Shown piece by piece: positions 8,936-17,648 of a stretch of 64,000 bases of DNA. The position numbers were made by a program, and so were the translations under genes. The notes under the pieces are model-generated. The model had not been told where the DNA came from. It did no database searches and was given only the letters and a program-made list of their open reading frames with translations. How positions within the stretch are numbered: position 1 is the first letter of the stretch; each line of letters starts with the position of its first letter. Source of the DNA: Minisyncoccota bacterium (GTDB lineage Bacteria; Patescibacteriota; Minisyncoccia; Phycocordibacterales; WO2-35-19); NCBI GenBank assembly GCA_041664625.1, contig JBAYKK010000003.1, positions 4,331 to 68,330 on the forward strand, written 5' to 3'.

Positions 8936-9889
8936 TTATAAAACTCCTATGGCTTTTTTAACTTGTAACATTTTTTGACTAGCGACTGCCCTGGCTTGTT
9001 CTTTGCCTTCGGCTAAAATCTTGTTTACAAAATCTAAATCTTGGGCGATCTCGGCTCTCCTCTCTCTTAAAGGTCCAATGAAATTTTTCAAATCTTCAAT
9101 CAAAATATCTTTCAAGACTTTGTATTTGCCTTTATTTTCGGCGTAAATTTTTTGTAATTCTTCTTCCGGTCTAAAAAGTTTGTGAATGGCAAAAACATTT
9201 TTGGGTACTTCCCCATCAGAGTCGGTGACGATGCTCATCACCGCTTTTTCAATCTCGGAGTCAGTGGCAAAAAGCGGGATGGTGTTGTTGTAACTCTTGC
9301 TCATTTTTTGGCCATCAACACCGGGTACAGTTTCTACGTCTTTGATGATGTAAGCCTCGGGTAATTTAAAAGTATCACTAAAAATCCTATTGAATTTTAG
9401 AGCGGTATCACGAGTGAATTCAATATGTTGTTTTTGGTCTTGGCCTACTGGCACAATGTCGGTATCGTAAAGCAAAATATCAGCAGCCATGAGCATAGGG
9501 TAAGTGAATGTGCCGGCGCTGACGTCTTCTTCACTGCCTTTGGCTACTGCGTCTTTATAAGCGTGAGCTCTTTTCAAATATGGCACAGTGGTGATGGTGT
9601 CAAAAATCCAAGCCAACTCGGTGTGTTCAGTAACTTCTGATTGTTTGAAAATCACCGATTTTTGTGGATCCAAACCAATAGCCAAAAAATCGATAGCTAC
9701 GTCCAAACTGAGTTGACGCATTTCTGTAGCATTTTGGACTAGATTCAAGGCGTGGTAATCAACGATTGAAAAATAATTAGTACCGCCTGTGTTTTCATTT
9801 TGCAAATTAACAAACTGGCGCATAGCCCCAAAATAGTTGCCTATATGTGGTCTGCCTGTTGGCTTTACTCCTGAAAATATGGTCTTCAT
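8936..9889 (-). CDS. trpS: tryptophanyl-tRNA synthetase
   Basis: 317 aa; GVKPTGRPHIGNY (HIGH), KMSKS; TrpRS length. Confidence 0.9.
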   Translation of the reverse strand: MKTIFSGVKPTGRPHIGNYFGAMRQFVNLQNENTGGTNYFSIVDYHALNLVQNATEMRQLSLDVAIDFLAIGLDPQKSVIFKQSEVTEHTELAWIFDTITTVPYLKRAHAYKDAVAKGSEEDVSAGTFTYPMLMAADILLYDTDIVPVGQDQKQHIEFTRDTALKFNRIFSDTFKLPEAYIIKDVETVPGVDGQKMSKSYNNTIPLFATDSEIEKAVMSIVTDSDGEVPKNVFAIHKLFRPEEELQKIYAENKGKYKVLKDILIEDLKNFIGPLRERRAEIAQDLDFVNKILAEGKEQARAVASQKMLQVKKAIGVL

Positions 9890-9965
9890 ATCTTAATAGT
9901 AGCAAATATGCCTATAAATTAAAACTGGGTAAAAATTTCATAGTTTATGAATTAAAATCTTTGTG

Positions 9966-9993
9966 TTGACAATTTTTGCATATGTGCTATATT
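9966..9993 (+). promoter_or_regulatory. sigma70-like promoter TTGACA-16-TATATT
   Basis: Near-consensus hexamers ~25 nt upstream of the RBS aaaggtg of the 10017 gene. Confidence 0.45.
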
Positions 9994-10016
9994 CTTTAAA
10001 GAAAAGAAAGGTGTGC

Positions 10017-10607
10017 ATGAAATTATTGATTTTGTTTTCTCTCTATCTTTCTTCGGTCTTTGCCCAAGAAGGGGTGAAGCTGAAGGACGTCACCATGTCT
10101 TACGGGGATTCGGCGTTTACGTCAGGGCTCAATATCGCCACGACGTTCTCACTGAAACCAAATCGGGATCTGGAGCTGGTCGGCAACAGTGAGCGGTTTT
10201 ACACTACTGTGAACTTCAAGACGGCTAGCAATAAGCTTTCGCTCGATGCGACCGCTGGAGCTTTCAAAAAGTTGCCGTGGGTAGGGCCACGAGTGGTCTA
10301 CACTCCGGTCAAGCAAGTGATGGCGATGTACTGGAGTGGGGTTTCGGCCGGACGGGTTGAGGCGATCAGGGCTGAGCCCAAATCGTTCTTTCAACAGCTC
10401 AGCTTTTATGTGTATCCGATTGAGGGGGTCTCTCTGGGGTACACAGCAATCAAAATGGATGTGTACAAAGCCACCATGTTGCCTGAGGTGGCTTACAAGT
10501 TCAAGCTGATGAAAGATCTCAAGATGGGCGTAAGCGCGACCTACGACACGGTCGCCAAGAAGCCGCTTTTTTGCGTCTTCTTGTCATACAGTCCTCCTCA
10601 AAAATAG
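10017..10607 (+). CDS. secreted beta-strand-rich protein with signal peptide (OMP-like), GC-rich, probable HGT
   Basis: MKLLILFSLYLSSVFAQE signal peptide; alternating hydrophobic pattern; GC ~53%; strong terminator downstream. Confidence 0.55.
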   Translation: MKLLILFSLYLSSVFAQEGVKLKDVTMSYGDSAFTSGLNIATTFSLKPNRDLELVGNSERFYTTVNFKTASNKLSLDATAGAFKKLPWVGPRVVYTPVKQVMAMYWSGVSAGRVEAIRAEPKSFFQQLSFYVYPIEGVSLGYTAIKMDVYKATMLPEVAYKFKLMKDLKMGVSATYDTVAKKPLFCVFLSYSPPQK

Positions 10608-10621
10608 TTTGGACAGGTTTC

Positions 10622-10665
10622 GGCCCCGCACTTCAGATGAAGTGTGGGGCCTCGTTTTTATATTT
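10622..10665 (+). terminator. rho-independent terminator
   Basis: ggccccgcacttc-agatgaa-gtgtggggcc stem plus T-run. Confidence 0.7.
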
Positions 10666-10676
10666 TTGAATGCTTT

Positions 10677-10958
10677 TTATTGCTCGTTTTCTGCGTCTTT
10701 CTTTTCATTCAAATGAGCGGATAGTTTCCTTAAAAGGTTAGGTATATCTCCGACTGGAGTTTCTGGAGATATGTCTCCATTTGTTAAAAAATATTCTATT
10801 AAATCAGCCGCGTTTTCTGCACTCAAAACATCATCTTTCAAATCGTCTTCTATCTTAGCTATTTCTTGTGCTATTTCTTCATCTTTTGGAGTTGCTCTTT
10901 CAATTTCTTCACCAATTGCATTTATTTTTCTGTTTATATTTTCATCTTCTAGATTCAT
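10677..10958 (-). CDS. small acidic hypothetical protein
   Basis: 93 aa, highly acidic, helical; no recognisable domain. Confidence 0.4.
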   Translation of the reverse strand: MNLEDENINRKINAIGEEIERATPKDEEIAQEIAKIEDDLKDDVLSAENAADLIEYFLTNGDISPETPVGDIPNLLRKLSAHLNEKKDAENEQ

Positions 10959-10968
10959 GTTTTTTAAA

Positions 10969-11928
10969 TTAATATTTGTAATTTATCCAAATGGCAAAAA
11001 TGGACATGGGCAAAAGTTTTAAATTTTGCTGATTGATAGCTAATTCACCGACCTCGATATTACCCCGCCCGCCATTGCTACGCTCAGGCGTTAGCGGGCA
11101 GGCTCCTAAGTCCTTAGTTATTTCAGAAAGTAAATTGGCTACAGAAATTGATGAAAGCTCAGTTGAATACATATTGAAAATTATAAAGAGTGGGTTTTCA
11201 CTCAAAATGGCTCGGCAAGCTTGCAGGAGTTCTGGTAGTTGTTCTTCTATTTTCCAGACCTCGTCTTTGGGTCCTTTGCCGTAACTTGGCGGATCCATGA
11301 TGATCGCATCGTATTTTTTGCCGTTTTTTGCTTCTTTTTTTATAAATTTGATAACGTCATCTACGATCCATCTGATCGGCGCGTCTTGGAGGCCTGAGAG
11401 TTTTTGGTTTTCTCTTGCCCAATCCACTGATGGTTTGGAAGCATCTACATGAGTGACTTTGGCTCCCCACTTCGCTGAAGCTTCGCGGGACAGGCCCGCT
11501 TTGGCGGCAACTAAACTTGCAATTCCGGTGTAGCCAAATAGATTTAAAATATTTAATTCTTTTTTTTCTTTCCCCTCCTTTTCATTCATACTTCTTAATT
11601 CATAATTCATAATTCTCTCCTCTATCCATTTCCATTGTGGGAATTGCTCTGGGAAAATGCCGATATGTTTGGAAGTATTTTTGAATTTAATTTTGGCTTT
11701 GATTCCCCCAATTCCAATATCTACTACTGTTTCCAGTTCTTTTTTGCATAATTCATGATTCCATATTCTTGCGTCATTTTTCTGCCACCAAGCTCTAGGC
11801 TCATTCCTCACGATTTTGACGCCGTTAATTTCTTCTAGTTTTTGCTTGTTGCCCGAGTCCAATAGTTTGTAACCTCCCATCTCCCCTGTCCATATTTTTA
11901 TATCTTTCATGATTTTACAATACCACAA
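10969..11928 (-). CDS. class I SAM-dependent RNA methyltransferase (RlmI/RlmK-like)
   Basis: LNLFGYTGIASLVAAKAG...VTHVDAS...DPPSY motifs; carries a ~16-aa insert MNYELRSMNEKEGKEK. Confidence 0.6.
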   Translation of the reverse strand: MWYCKIMKDIKIWTGEMGGYKLLDSGNKQKLEEINGVKIVRNEPRAWWQKNDARIWNHELCKKELETVVDIGIGGIKAKIKFKNTSKHIGIFPEQFPQWKWIEERIMNYELRSMNEKEGKEKKELNILNLFGYTGIASLVAAKAGLSREASAKWGAKVTHVDASKPSVDWARENQKLSGLQDAPIRWIVDDVIKFIKKEAKNGKKYDAIIMDPPSYGKGPKDEVWKIEEQLPELLQACRAILSENPLFIIFNMYSTELSSISVANLLSEITKDLGACPLTPERSNGGRGNIEVGELAINQQNLKLLPMSIFAIWINYKY

Positions 11929-11955
11929 AATTTCAAACTATGGTATTGTTATATT

Positions 11956-12506
11956 ATGAAAACTGAATTCGAGACTAGATTTTTGGAAATAGATAAGGAG
12001 AAGCTTATTGCTAAATTAAAAAACTCGGAGCATTTGATGGTGGGGAGACCAGATTGGATGAAGAAATATTTTATGACCAGAAATTGGACTGGCTGAATCA
12101 AAATAAATTTGTAAGACTCAGAAAAAAAGAAGATAAGGTAATACTCACCTATAAACATAATTCTAAACAGAAAGTAGACAGTGCTCAAGAGATTGAATTT
12201 GAAATATTAAATATAAATGCAGCTAGACTTTTTTTGGAAGCTTTAGATTTGATTAGGTACAGACAAATTCAAAAGTACAGACATACTTTCAAATTGGATG
12301 GGGTGACTTTTGATATAGATACTTGGCCCAAAATCCCTGTGTATGTTGAATTAGAAGGAGATTCGGTCGAAGAAATAAAAGTGGTTGCTGAAAAGGTTGG
12401 CTTTGATTGGGAAAAGAGATTTGATAAAGATGCCAGGTATGTTTTTAAGCATTATGGTTACGATTTTGATAAATTAAAAAATGTGACTTTTGATAAATTT
12501 GAATAG
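11956..12506 (+). CDS. CYTH-domain protein (triphosphate tunnel metalloenzyme), interrupted by an apparent -1 frameshift at ~12018-12024
   Basis: Frame-0 N-term MKTEFETRFLEIDKEKL (ExExK motif) stops at 12094; frame-2 IKKLGAFDGG...EIEFEI...YVELEGD continues to 12506; frames join at tta-aaa-aac. Confidence 0.5.
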
Positions 12507-12507
12507 A

Positions 12508-12999
12508 ATGGAAAATATAAGAAATAATCAAGAAGAAAGGAAGCAAATAGAGACTATAAATGAGCCTGAAAATCTAGCTGTGGTGGTTATAAAACCTGAT
12601 GCGGTAGATAGAGCAGATGAAGTCGTCAGAAGATTGGAACATGAAGGATTTTCAATTCAAAAAAGGGTAAGAAAAATATTGCCAGAAAAATTTGTTGATT
12701 CAAGATCAGAAAACTTTCCTCTCGACATCCAAAAAGAAACTGGCAAGTATTTGACCACTGCATCTTCAGAAATAATCTTACTCAAAGGCGGTGATGATAT
12801 TGTGGAAAAACTCAAGTTTGTCACTGGAGAAAATACGAATCCTGGCAAATCTGATAAAGGCAGTATCAGGGCTATTTTTGGGGAACACTTCCCCAGGAAA
12901 ACTGATGATGGGAATGATTTTTTTAGAAATGCCATACATCGCCCAGCAAACGAAGAAGAAAGAAAATCAGATCTCGAGCAATTTAGAGATATTTTATAA
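12508..12999 (+). CDS. ndk: nucleoside diphosphate kinase family protein (divergent)
   Basis: VVVIKPDAV, GFSI, TGENTNPGKSDKGSIRAIFG match the NDK core; His-loop reads NAIHRP instead of NxxHGSD. Confidence 0.5.
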   Translation: MENIRNNQEERKQIETINEPENLAVVVIKPDAVDRADEVVRRLEHEGFSIQKRVRKILPEKFVDSRSENFPLDIQKETGKYLTTASSEIILLKGGDDIVEKLKFVTGENTNPGKSDKGSIRAIFGEHFPRKTDDGNDFFRNAIHRPANEEERKSDLEQFRDIL

Positions 13000-13049
13000 A
13001 CAAAAATCTCGTCGTCTACATTAGACCCTGGGCATCTAGTATAAATTAT

Positions 13050-14693
13050 TTACAAAAATAAGCGGACGAGGCGGAGGTCTTCGTAGGAGTATTTGGCACC
13101 GAGGATTTCTTTGACTGGAGCCAGTCTGTAGCCCTCGCCTTCACCTATGCCGATTTTGCGGAAAGCGTTATAAATCTCTTTAAACTTATTTTTGGTCAAG
13201 TTGTCTCTGAGATTGTAGATATTATAATTTGGGTCTTTCTCTTTTATTTTTTCTATATGATCTAAAATACTGCCGAGCTTGAGTCCCCTCTCTTTGGCTA
13301 TCTCTTTGAGACTTTTGCCATCATCTAGCATTTTTTTGGTTTCGCTCACTGTGTCTAACTTCTTTTCTTTTTTATTTTTACTTTCACCGCTTACTTTTTT
13401 AGCAAAAGTCTCATGCATTTCGGATAGTTTTTTGTCGCCCATAGTTTTGATATGAAAAGCGGATGTTTCTGAAAGTTCTCTAAATTTTTTATCAAATTCC
13501 AAAACCTCTTCGTTCACTTTCAAAGCCATCTCGTTCAAACCTTTGAGGAAAAGCCCTGCTAGTGAGCGTACCCGAGAAAGGGCGACATAACCCATACCTC
13601 TCTCAAAAGAGGCTGATAAGTCGATCTCAGCTGAGTCCAATGACATTCCTTGGCTTTTGTGGACAGTGATTGCCCAAGCCAAACGTAGGGGGTATTGAGT
13701 TATTTCTGCTTTACTCTTACCTTCTTCCTCTATGCGCCAACTTTCTTGTTCTACTTCGATTACTTTGCCAGAGACAGTTTTCACGTGTATTTCATCATGA
13801 GTACATTTCACTACTACCCCCAAAGTGCCGTTGACGAAACCTTCTTCAAAATTATTTTTTACAAACATTATTTTAGCGCCAACTTTTAGACGCAAAATTT
13901 TGGGAGCCAAACAACTTTTTTGTAAATTCTCTATCATGTATGGTCGGCCTTTTTCTTGCATTTCGTATTCAAAAACTTTACCTGAAATTTTTTCAAGTTC
14001 GGTTTCGTTTTCACTGTTCACATCTCGGTTGTGTGAATAGAGTTTGGTCGGTTCAAATTCTGGTTTTTTGTTAAATCGAGTGTTTAAGATTTCTAAAATT
14101 TCATTTGAAACTTTGGCATCTCTAACTGCGTTTAATATTTTCAAATATTCCAAATCATTTTGCCTGTGTTGTTCAGAAAGGTAGCAGATTTTGAGGTCAA
14201 GCTTTTTCCAAGTCTCTGAATGATAAGCAAAGAAAACTTCTGGTTCAAAAGACTTCCTAACTGGTGGTAACTGAAAAAAATCTCCACAAAAAACCACTTG
14301 CATGCCACCAAAAGGTTCGTCTGAATTTTTTATTTTTTTTATTATTTTTTCTATCAGATCTAGTCGGAAATGATGCAACATTGATATCTCGTCTATCACC
14401 AAAACTTTTGCTTCAGAGATGTTTTTCTTTATGTGTTTTTTTTCAGCTATTTCTTCTATATCGCTTTTACTCAAATTGTCTCTGATACCAACTCCACTCC
14501 AAGAGTGGATAGTGGTCCCGCCCATATGAGTCGCGGCTATGCCGGTTGAAGCTGTAATGCCGATCTGGGCATTGAGGTCTCGCAGATAGTTTATGTATTC
14601 TCTTAAAATATGAGTTTTGCCACTACCAGCAGCACCAGTCAAAAATACATTTCGGCCAGTCTTCAATATATTCAAAGCTTCTTTTTGGGTCAT
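13050..14693 (-). CDS. RecD/Pif1-family ATP-dependent DNA helicase
   Basis: 547 aa; Walker A GAAGSGKTH, VLVIDEISM, C-terminal HTH-like extension. Confidence 0.8.
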   Translation of the reverse strand: MTQKEALNILKTGRNVFLTGAAGSGKTHILREYINYLRDLNAQIGITASTGIAATHMGGTTIHSWSGVGIRDNLSKSDIEEIAEKKHIKKNISEAKVLVIDEISMLHHFRLDLIEKIIKKIKNSDEPFGGMQVVFCGDFFQLPPVRKSFEPEVFFAYHSETWKKLDLKICYLSEQHRQNDLEYLKILNAVRDAKVSNEILEILNTRFNKKPEFEPTKLYSHNRDVNSENETELEKISGKVFEYEMQEKGRPYMIENLQKSCLAPKILRLKVGAKIMFVKNNFEEGFVNGTLGVVVKCTHDEIHVKTVSGKVIEVEQESWRIEEEGKSKAEITQYPLRLAWAITVHKSQGMSLDSAEIDLSASFERGMGYVALSRVRSLAGLFLKGLNEMALKVNEEVLEFDKKFRELSETSAFHIKTMGDKKLSEMHETFAKKVSGESKNKKEKKLDTVSETKKMLDDGKSLKEIAKERGLKLGSILDHIEKIKEKDPNYNIYNLRDNLTKNKFKEIYNAFRKIGIGEGEGYRLAPVKEILGAKYSYEDLRLVRLFL

Positions 14694-14695
14694 CC

Positions 14696-14762
14696 CGTAG
14701 TAGATTTTGGCAATGTTATTTAATAACCAATTCCGTAGGAATTATTGCCAAAATTCACTACG
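14696..14762. promoter_or_regulatory. 67-bp nested palindrome (candidate operator) in the divergent helicase/HNH promoter region
   Basis: cgtagt-ag-attttggcaat-[gttatttaataacc]-aattcc-gta-ggaatt-attgccaaaat-tc-actacg; 11-bp perfect arms plus inner aattcc/ggaatt. Confidence 0.5.
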
Positions 14763-14854
14763 GGATCATAGGGACATTCTAGCAGATTTTTACACATTTC
14801 CTTTTTTTAAATATGGGAGTATGCTGTTGATAGAAAAAGAAAGAGAGGTGGTTT

Positions 14855-15343
14855 TTGAGAAGAAAAAAGAGCCCACCTGGTTTCAATATACACCACCGCA
14901 AACCTCGGAGGTTTGGTGGTCAGACTACTGAAGAAAATATCTCGGTAGTGCGTCGGGTCGAGCATAAGGCCTGGAACATTCTCTTTGACAATCTCCCAGC
15001 TCATGATGTGGTCAGATTATTCAGGGAATATTGGGAAATATTTGGAAACGAATCTCGAGTAACCCATGAGATTCGGCAGATCGGTCTTTCGGTACTTGGG
15101 GAAATGGAAAATTTCCAAAAATACAAAGACTTGCTCTCTGAAGCGGAACTGAATCGCATCAAGAGAACTTTGAGTACGGAAAGGTCTAAACTGAGAAAGA
15201 GCCGAGCCTGGGGGGTGCTCTTTAGTGGCCTTTCTTTGGAGCAGATATTAGTCAAAATCAACGGGGTCTGGATTGATCCAGATTACAAGTTGGTTGCTGA
15301 AGTCACCCAAGCCACTAACGTAAAGTTAGAGGCGAGATTTTAA
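14855..15343 (+). CDS. HNH-like endonuclease domain protein (Cys-less variant)
   Basis: TTG start with RBS agaggtgg; NIHHRKPRRFGGQTTEENISVVRRVEHKAWN fits the HNH core HH..P..GG...N...H. Confidence 0.5.
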   Translation: MRRKKSPPGFNIHHRKPRRFGGQTTEENISVVRRVEHKAWNILFDNLPAHDVVRLFREYWEIFGNESRVTHEIRQIGLSVLGEMENFQKYKDLLSEAELNRIKRTLSTERSKLRKSRAWGVLFSGLSLEQILVKINGVWIDPDYKLVAEVTQATNVKLEARF

Positions 15344-15360
15344 AGAAGTATCTACAAAAA

Positions 15361-15386
15361 AGGAGCGCTGGGGTGAGGCGCTTCTT
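15361..15386. terminator. bidirectional terminator between convergent HNH and histidine kinase genes
   Basis: aggagcgc-tggggtgag-gcgcttct hairpin with T-runs on both strands. Confidence 0.6.
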
Positions 15387-15412
15387 TTCATTTTACCTAA
15401 ATGCTTTTTAGT

Positions 15413-17146
15413 TTAGTTAGTTTTGGGTAGTTCAATGATAAATGTAGTGCCTTTGCCCACACCTTCGGAAGAAACTTTTATATCACCACCATGAGCCTCT
15501 ACCATTTTTTTGGCAATATAAAGACCTAGGCCGGTACCAGTAACATTGGTCTTGCCTGCATCTTTGGTCCTAGAAAATTTTTCAAAAAGTTTATTCATTT
15601 CGCTTGGGTCGATGCCAACTCCAGTGTCTTTGACGGCAATCTTTACTTTGCCCGCCGTAGCTTCATGTGAGGACTGAGCTTTGTCTATTTCGTTTGATAC
15701 GGAGATTTTCAAACTACCTTTGAGAGTATATTTGAGAGAATTATCAATGATGTTACCGATCACTTGTTTTATTTTGTTTCGGTCGGCGTTAATTTTTGTG
15801 TCTAAGCCCTGAGGTATGTCAACTTCCAAATTCAATCCCGAGTTTTCAATATTTGGTTTTAATTCGTTGATGACTTCTAAGGTTAATTCAGCTAAATCAA
15901 AATTACTTTTTTCGTATACCATCCGACCTTGTTCAATACGGGAAATATTTAAAAAGTCAGCCACTATGTTTATCAAATTTTGGCAAGATTTCATAATGGT
16001 CTGGACTGAGTCGGTTGCTTTTTGAGGCAAGACTCCAAAATCCCCTTCTAAAAGCATTGAGGAATAGCCCTTGATAGCCGTAAGTGGCGCTCGTATCTGA
16101 TGACTGGCTAACGACAAAAATTCTGACTTCATTTGGTCCAGTTCTTTTAACTTCTCATTGGACTCGGCCAAATCTTGCGCCAACCTTTCAATCTCCTCTC
16201 TTTGGGCAACTTCTTTTTTTACTGAGCGGATGAGAAATACTCCAAATACTATTGATGATACTAGCGTGATGCCAGTGAGTATTTGGTTTGTATTTGTTTT
16301 GATGAAGAAAAATTGAGAACCGATTAAGATCATTAATCCCATCATAAGGATTTGAGCACCAAAAATTTTGATCTTAAAGGTTTTGTATTTCACTATTACA
16401 TAAGTCAGAAATACTAAAAAGATTGGAATACCAAAAATACCATATTGCCCCACTGTCCAACTATAATCTCCAAATATCGAATTAGCATCAAACAAACTGC
16501 CGATTACATTCCCAAAAGAGAAAGCAATAAGGAACCCTAAACTTCCAAAAGTAATTAACGCTATTTTTGGGCGTTTTTCTTTTAATTTATTTTTTATGTA
16601 ACTTTTGATGGCAAAGAAAAGCATCCAGAGTATGAATATACATTCAATAAAATAGCCATAGTATACGAGAGGCCCTTCTACTGCATCCCTATCGCAGTTT
16701 GATATATCGTAGCCCAATAATGTAAATTTGGTGGAAGCCAAGATTACAGTGGGCGTCAATAGTGTAATGATGATTGCCTTTTTTATAAAAGATATATCTT
16801 TTTCGTCAATAAATAAATAAAGAAAATAAAGTAAGCCCGCATAGACCATCGGTTCAACCATATTTATAATTGTCCAAACATACATAGTGACTGAGGGTTT
16901 GTCGGTAGCCCAAAGTATTAAATCCCCCAAAAGCCATATACCTAAAGTAAATACGGTGGCTAAAAGTATTTTTGTGGCTGGAGTTTTATTGCTTTTGACA
17001 TACAAAAATATCACTAAAATAAGGGAAGATATCAAAGGGAAAAGGTGTGAATAGTAAATAATCGGGTCAAAAACATTAGTAGAAAAAATCAAAAATTTAC
17101 TTGATCCCCATTCGCAGGCCGAAATTAAATTTTGTATCTCGTTCAT
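15413..17146 (-). CDS. sensor histidine kinase with N-terminal ~8-TM sensing domain (no adjacent response regulator)
   Basis: 577 aa; H-box SHQIRAPLTAIKGYSSML; HATPase N/G boxes; polytopic N-terminus. Confidence 0.8.
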   Translation of the reverse strand: MNEIQNLISACEWGSSKFLIFSTNVFDPIIYYSHLFPLISSLILVIFLYVKSNKTPATKILLATVFTLGIWLLGDLILWATDKPSVTMYVWTIINMVEPMVYAGLLYFLYLFIDEKDISFIKKAIIITLLTPTVILASTKFTLLGYDISNCDRDAVEGPLVYYGYFIECIFILWMLFFAIKSYIKNKLKEKRPKIALITFGSLGFLIAFSFGNVIGSLFDANSIFGDYSWTVGQYGIFGIPIFLVFLTYVIVKYKTFKIKIFGAQILMMGLMILIGSQFFFIKTNTNQILTGITLVSSIVFGVFLIRSVKKEVAQREEIERLAQDLAESNEKLKELDQMKSEFLSLASHQIRAPLTAIKGYSSMLLEGDFGVLPQKATDSVQTIMKSCQNLINIVADFLNISRIEQGRMVYEKSNFDLAELTLEVINELKPNIENSGLNLEVDIPQGLDTKINADRNKIKQVIGNIIDNSLKYTLKGSLKISVSNEIDKAQSSHEATAGKVKIAVKDTGVGIDPSEMNKLFEKFSRTKDAGKTNVTGTGLGLYIAKKMVEAHGGDIKVSSEGVGKGTTFIIELPKTN

Positions 17147-17363
17147 TATATTTTGGTAAAAATATTTTTTATAGGGTCAAAACTACCGGGAATGTTTTCT
17201 GGGTCAGTGAAAAAGTTTATATCCTCTAAATATATATATTTATAAAAAGAAAAAGATATAGAAAATAATATCAATAAAATAAAACACACAAACAAAACTT
17301 TAGACTTTTTGTCCATATTGGTATTATAACATATTTTATTTTGTAGTTTGTTAAATAAGAAAT

Positions 17364-17386
17364 CCCCCCGCGCGAATCGCAGGGGG
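17364..17386 (-). terminator. terminator of small peptide gene 1
   Basis: ccccccgcg-cgaat-cgcaggggg hairpin followed on the minus strand by a T-rich run. Confidence 0.6.
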
Positions 17387-17397
17387 ACTCTGGTTGC

Positions 17398-17523
17398 TTA
17401 GTTGTCCTTGTCGTCGCTGTCAGCATCGCTATCAGCGTCGTAATTACCGGACACAACAGAATCGTCGTCGCCACAACGGTAGATGATACAACGATCGTCT
17501 GGCACAGTGGAATCACCGTACAT
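17398..17523 (-). CDS. small acidic peptide, paralog 1 (41 aa) MYGDSTVPDDRCIIYRCGDDDSVVSGNYDADSDADSDDKDN
   Basis: Below track size cutoff; RBS aggaaaggag 6 nt before ATG; own terminator; conserved core PDxRCI(I/V)(Y/F)RxG(D/S)DD shared with 18948-19067; ~50% GC. Confidence 0.55.
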   Translation of the reverse strand: MYGDSTVPDDRCIIYRCGDDDSVVSGNYDADSDADSDDKDN

Positions 17524-17628
17524 ATTTTTCTCCTTTCCTCAAGAAGAGCCTAGCTAGCTGCTCTCCCATCCAAAGTACTGGGTTTGCCTGTCTGTGTTTA
17601 GTATGGTCTTAAAATACTTTTTGTCAAT
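17524..17628 (-). promoter_or_regulatory. conserved promoter plus ~70-nt 5' leader of peptide gene 1 (copy 1 of 2)
   Basis: ~85% nt identity to 19068-19172; TTGACA-16/17-cATAcT; leader hairpin GAGAGC...GCUCUU. Confidence 0.6.
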
Positions 17629-17648
17629 AGTGTGGTATTCTTAGGGGT

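Noticed and set aside
17271-17516. Track ORF of 81 aa (MIPLCQTIVVSSTVVATT...)
   Set aside because: GTG start without RBS, T/V/I low-complexity translation. The same DNA in another frame encodes the 41-aa acidic peptide with strong RBS, terminator and a conserved paralog.
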